IMG/VR virus record: IMGVR_UViG_3300049049_000057
Location: 1-34,453 of that record
Reading direction: 5' to 3' (one strand)
DNA: 34,453 nt
DNA from: a virus
Taxonomy: Duplodnaviria > Caudoviricetes
Below are positions 31,545-34,453 of this stretch, one piece after another. The notes under the pieces are model-generated. The model had not been told where the DNA came from. It ran no database searches and was given only the letters and a program-made list of their open reading frames with translations. Both the position numbers and the translations under genes were made by a program. Position 1 is the first letter of the stretch. The number at the start of each line of letters is the position of its first letter.

Positions 31545-31713
31545 TATCAGCCCAGCGCTTGCCATTGTCGATATAGGTTGGGATGGGAAACGTCGTGTCG
31601 CTGATCTTGCGGCGGATGTTGGGCGGTGTAGTCTCCAGAATTTCCGCGACGCGCTCCAAATCCACGCGCAGCCCATACTTCTCGATCAGTACCATTTGTG
31701 TGAGCAGGCTCAT
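31450..31713 (-). CDS. xis: Excisionase / PrtN-like HTH protein
   Basis: GGAGG RBS; VAEIL...IRRKIS..TFPIPT...DVAEYLD; convergent on int. Confidence 0.7.
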   Translation of the reverse strand: MSLLTQMVLIEKYGLRVDLERVAEILETTPPNIRRKISDTTFPIPTYIDNGKRWADIRDVAEYLDQRRQEARQLHGGGLQASAAHSA

Positions 31714-31723
31714 CCTGACCTCC

Positions 31724-31747
31724 AAAGAAAAAGCCCCTCTCGGGGCT
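31724..31747 (-). terminator. Terminator upstream of xis
   Basis: Minus strand AGCCCC-GAGA-GGGGCT-TTTTCTTT. Confidence 0.8.
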
Positions 31748-31898
31748 AGTGAAGTGTGTTGCTCGGCAGCGGCTCGTCATCCCGCTCCGGTAGCTCTATT
31801 TCGTCGCTGTCCCGCTCGTCGCGCCAGTCGGGCTCCCATGCGTCGGGGTTGTGCTTTGCCTCGTAGGCGTCTCGGTAGGCTCTAGCGCGGCGGCTCAT
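31746..31898 (-). CDS. Small acidic hypothetical protein (50 aa)
   Basis: AAGGAGG RBS; MSRRARAYRDAYE... Confidence 0.65.
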   Translation of the reverse strand: MSRRARAYRDAYEAKHNPDAWEPDWRDERDSDEIELPERDDEPLPSNTLH

Positions 31899-32589
31899 CC
31901 TGGCCTCCTTCCTTGTGCTTGATGCCGTGGGCAGCTTCTGCGTCCCGGAACGCCTTGAAATAGTCTTCGCGCTCGATGAACAACCCTCGGTTCGCTTCGG
32001 AGTGCAGATCATCTACCTGCTTATCCGTCAGCGGCTTGCGCTCTGTGGGCACACCACCCTTCCGCAAATCCTGCGCATCTACCCCCGCCCAGGCGGTGGC
32101 TCCGCGCTCTGTGAGGGCTGTGAGGTCGGGCATGGGTTGCGTCACCTGTGGCGGCTCTGCGGGCTGTGTGGGTGGTGCGGCGACGAGTAAACCTGCTGCG
32201 AGTGTCTGCAGGTGCTGCACAGCGACTGTCTTTGCCCCCTCAATATCGGCTGCGACCCCCAGATATTCGCCGTCCAAATACACACAGCAGCTGTCATGGT
32301 CTTTCCAACCCTTCCACTCAATGCTCATCGTGCCAAGCACGGTTGGCGCTGTAACGTGGTTGTACCGGATGCACTCATTTGGCTCCGCTGGGTCTGACCA
32401 TGCCAATGGCGCAACTGCCCACGCCACCGGCTCTTGCTCTGTGGATGGCGCACCCCAGAGGGCAAGGACTGCGCGGGCAACACGTAGTGGCGTCGAGCCA
32501 TCGCCGCGCGCCGCGCAGCCGCGTGCAGCTTCTTGGATGACTTCCATCAGTTCCGCATCGCTCGGGCTCTGTGTTTTGGTGTCAGTCAT
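31882..32589 (-). CDS. Mosaic hypothetical early protein (EPVAW motif)
   Basis: QEPVAW, RKPLTDKQV, RDAEAAHGI motifs typical of Ea/Ead-like phage ORFs. Confidence 0.8.
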   Translation of the reverse strand: MTDTKTQSPSDAELMEVIQEAARGCAARGDGSTPLRVARAVLALWGAPSTEQEPVAWAVAPLAWSDPAEPNECIRYNHVTAPTVLGTMSIEWKGWKDHDSCCVYLDGEYLGVAADIEGAKTVAVQHLQTLAAGLLVAAPPTQPAEPPQVTQPMPDLTALTERGATAWAGVDAQDLRKGGVPTERKPLTDKQVDDLHSEANRGLFIEREDYFKAFRDAEAAHGIKHKEGGQDEPPR

Positions 32590-32782
32590 GCTGCACCCCG
32601 CTGGGCGGCCAGGGCTGCGTCTGCGTAGGTTGTAAGCAAGCGCGCAGCGCATCCGCAGCTTGCTGCATCAGCGGTATGAGGTCGGACAGTGGGTATCTCT
32701 TGGTGCGGACAGATTCACATGCTGCGCGCAGTCGCTGCGCCAGCGCTTCCGGCAGTTCTGCCGCTACGGGGGTGGTGGTCAT
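32582..32782 (-). CDS. Hypothetical protein (66 aa)
   Basis: GAAGGA RBS; overlaps both neighbours. Confidence 0.7.
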   Translation of the reverse strand: MTTTPVAAELPEALAQRLRAACESVRTKRYPLSDLIPLMQQAADALRACLQPTQTQPWPPSGVQHD

Positions 32783-33159
32783 GGCTGGGTGTCCTTCTTG
32801 CGTGCGCTGTCGATCACACTGCGCATGAGTTGGTAGGTTTTTGGCGCGCTCTTGGCTTTGGTCCATCCAAGACCGACTTCCTCAAGATGGCATGCCTCTA
32901 TTTCGTCCCAGTGGTCCATCAGTGTGTTCCACATTGGCGAACAGGTGCGCATGTCTGGAAGCATCACGCGGAGCAGCGGTACTTCCGCAAGCAAACGCAG
33001 GCATCGATCTAGGTCGCCAGGGTCTTGCGGGATGTCCGGATACCAGTCTTGAGCTGCGGGCCATCCGGTCAAGTGCTGCACGATGGTGTTTGAGCTGATG
33101 CCACGGCTTCCACTTGCCAACCATTCGACCAACCCGCCTGGTGTGATGCGCTTACCCAT
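32779..33159 (-). CDS. Hypothetical phage protein (126 aa)
   Basis: WLASGSRGISS...PQDPGDLDRCLRLL...W..L...WDE; GGGAGAG RBS. Confidence 0.8.
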   Translation of the reverse strand: MGKRITPGGLVEWLASGSRGISSNTIVQHLTGWPAAQDWYPDIPQDPGDLDRCLRLLAEVPLLRVMLPDMRTCSPMWNTLMDHWDEIEACHLEEVGLGWTKAKSAPKTYQLMRSVIDSARKKDTQP

Positions 33160-33907
33160 TGCTCTCTCCCTCAGTAGATGGAGCAGGGGGGAGAGCCTGA
33201 GGCAATTCGCACCATGCGCGCGTAGCCTCATCTACAAACCAGTGTGTTTCCTCGTGCTGGTTCCACTCGTACCAGCCCTCGGGGCAAAACCACTCGTCTT
33301 TTTCCTCGTCGTACTCTCCAAAGCCAGAGTCATCCTCCAGCCCGACAGGCAGCGTGTATTTCGCCACCCACATCGCGCGGATTGGGTGCTTCTTGCCAAT
33401 GTCCAGGAGCACTGGCTTGCCTGGCTCCGGCAGGCGATCCTCCACGCTCACCCACCCCGCTGCTACTGCAGGCTGTGGGGCGGCGCCCAAGTACAGCGGG
33501 CCAACCGCCTGCCAGCTTGCATCTGCGTCCACCATCATGTCCGGCATCACGACGCGCGTGCGCCCTGTTTCGCCATGCTGCCAAAGGTGCGCCACCGGCT
33601 CTTGTCCCGCAGCAGGCAGTGGCAGGGATGCGCCACGCCCGTAGAACGCGCGACATTTCTTGCACCGCAGCTGCGGAGGCATGCTGGTGTATGTCAAGCC
33701 ATCTGATTCGTGCTTGCAGGGCTCGGGGCTACTGTCAAGAGATGCGCGACCGGCCAAGTATTGATCTGCTAATTCGACGGCCTCAGCGGCCTCGCTGTCC
33801 ATTGACGGGCTGAAAGTCGGTGCGCCGATGTAGCTGCGCGACTCGTCCAACACAGCGCGCAGTTTGCGGATGAGCGCATCCGACTCGCGTTCCTTTTCAT
33901 TGCTCAT
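33152..33907 (-). CDS. DUF551/Eaa-like mosaic early protein
   Basis: GWVSVEDRLPE...VL...AWCELP; AGGAG RBS. Confidence 0.8.
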   Translation of the reverse strand: MSNEKERESDALIRKLRAVLDESRSYIGAPTFSPSMDSEAAEAVELADQYLAGRASLDSSPEPCKHESDGLTYTSMPPQLRCKKCRAFYGRGASLPLPAAGQEPVAHLWQHGETGRTRVVMPDMMVDADASWQAVGPLYLGAAPQPAVAAGWVSVEDRLPEPGKPVLLDIGKKHPIRAMWVAKYTLPVGLEDDSGFGEYDEEKDEWFCPEGWYEWNQHEETHWFVDEATRAWCELPQALPPAPSTEGESNG

Positions 33908-33917
33908 GTCTTTGCTC

Positions 33918-34397
33918 CTAGCGGGCTCCGAGCCCATTAAATGGAGATGCATGGTTTTCACGCCATGCTTTGTTTAAGCGCACCTTGCTGATCAACGTGC
34001 GATTCACGCCGTACTCAAGAGCAAGTTCGTCGCAGGTTTTGATCGATGCCCTAATCTCCCGGGCCTTCTCCATCGTCAGCTTCGCAGTCTTGCGGCTGGC
34101 TTTAGCGCATGAGATGACCTTCTTGGCTTTGACCGTGGGGCAGTTGTGGGCCTTGGCGGTAATTTCCGCCTTGGTGGTCAGCCTCAGATGCTGGGGGTTG
34201 AGGCAGGCCGGGCAGTCGCATGTCACTGTCACGTAGTGCCCAGCTGGGATGCATCCTTTGGCGAGCGCATAAACCAGCCGCCGTACGGCCTTGTTGTTGT
34301 ATTTGGGGTGCCCGGATGACTTGCTGAGCGAGCCGGTCCAGAGCAAGCAATCGGCGTCCTCGTGGCACTTGTCGAGTAGGAATTGCAAAGTGGTCAT
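33918..34397 (-). CDS. HNH_3-type endonuclease-like protein with C-terminal HTH, catalytic residues degenerate
   Basis: CLLWTG...CDCPACLNPQHL...KLTMEKAREIR...LALEYGV. Confidence 0.8.
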   Translation of the reverse strand: MTTLQFLLDKCHEDADCLLWTGSLSKSSGHPKYNNKAVRRLVYALAKGCIPAGHYVTVTCDCPACLNPQHLRLTTKAEITAKAHNCPTVKAKKVISCAKASRKTAKLTMEKAREIRASIKTCDELALEYGVNRTLISKVRLNKAWRENHASPFNGLGAR

Positions 34398-34403
34398 GGG
34401 CGT

Positions 34404-34426
34404 AAAAAAGCCCGCGATGTGCGGGC
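34404..34426 (-). terminator. Rho-independent terminator
   Basis: Minus strand GCCCGC-ACATC-GCGGGC-TTTTTT. Confidence 0.8.
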
Positions 34427-34453
34427 CTGTGTGGGGGTGGGGTGGGTCAGAAG

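Larger units (their letters stand above)
1..34453. mobile_element. Temperate P22-like/lambdoid bacteriophage genome segment in excised (attP-intact) arrangement
   Basis: Immunity, replication, nin/Q, head, short-tail, ejection, lysis and integration modules in canonical order; no host housekeeping gene; early-left genes at both window ends. Confidence 0.95.

Overview
GC-rich temperate phage DNA with a lambdoid regulatory layout and a P22-like (podovirus-type) virion module; protein styles suggest a Betaproteobacterial (Comamonadaceae/Burkholderiales-like) host (inference). Order: leftward early accessory genes (1-2200); immunity region (117-aa ORF, lipoprotein, cI | cro, cII); HNH; O-like initiator and DnaB-like helicase; nin region; Q with pR'/tR'; a ~900-bp structured-RNA cluster with two tRNA-Ser genes; terminase, portal, scaffold, capsid; short-tail and ejection proteins; holin/endolysin/Rz-Rz1; attP; tyrosine integrase; xis-like gene; then more leftward early genes. 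Lysis-attP-int-xis are contiguous with phage genes on both sides, so this is the excised/virion configuration rather than an integrated prophage. No recombinase or SSB gene is visible, so part of the genome probably lies outside the window. The most unusual features are RNA-level: (i) a tRNA-shaped RNA with complementary D-like and T-like loops next to a selC-like 8/4 tRNA-Ser(UGA); (ii) a repeated boxB-like hairpin plus terminator unit in the pL operon, which has a boxA but no clear N gene; (iii) an attP carrying the 5' end of a tRNA gene with its own promoter; (iv) several small hidden or antisense ORFs. All calls are by-eye motif recognition; no database search or folding program was run.
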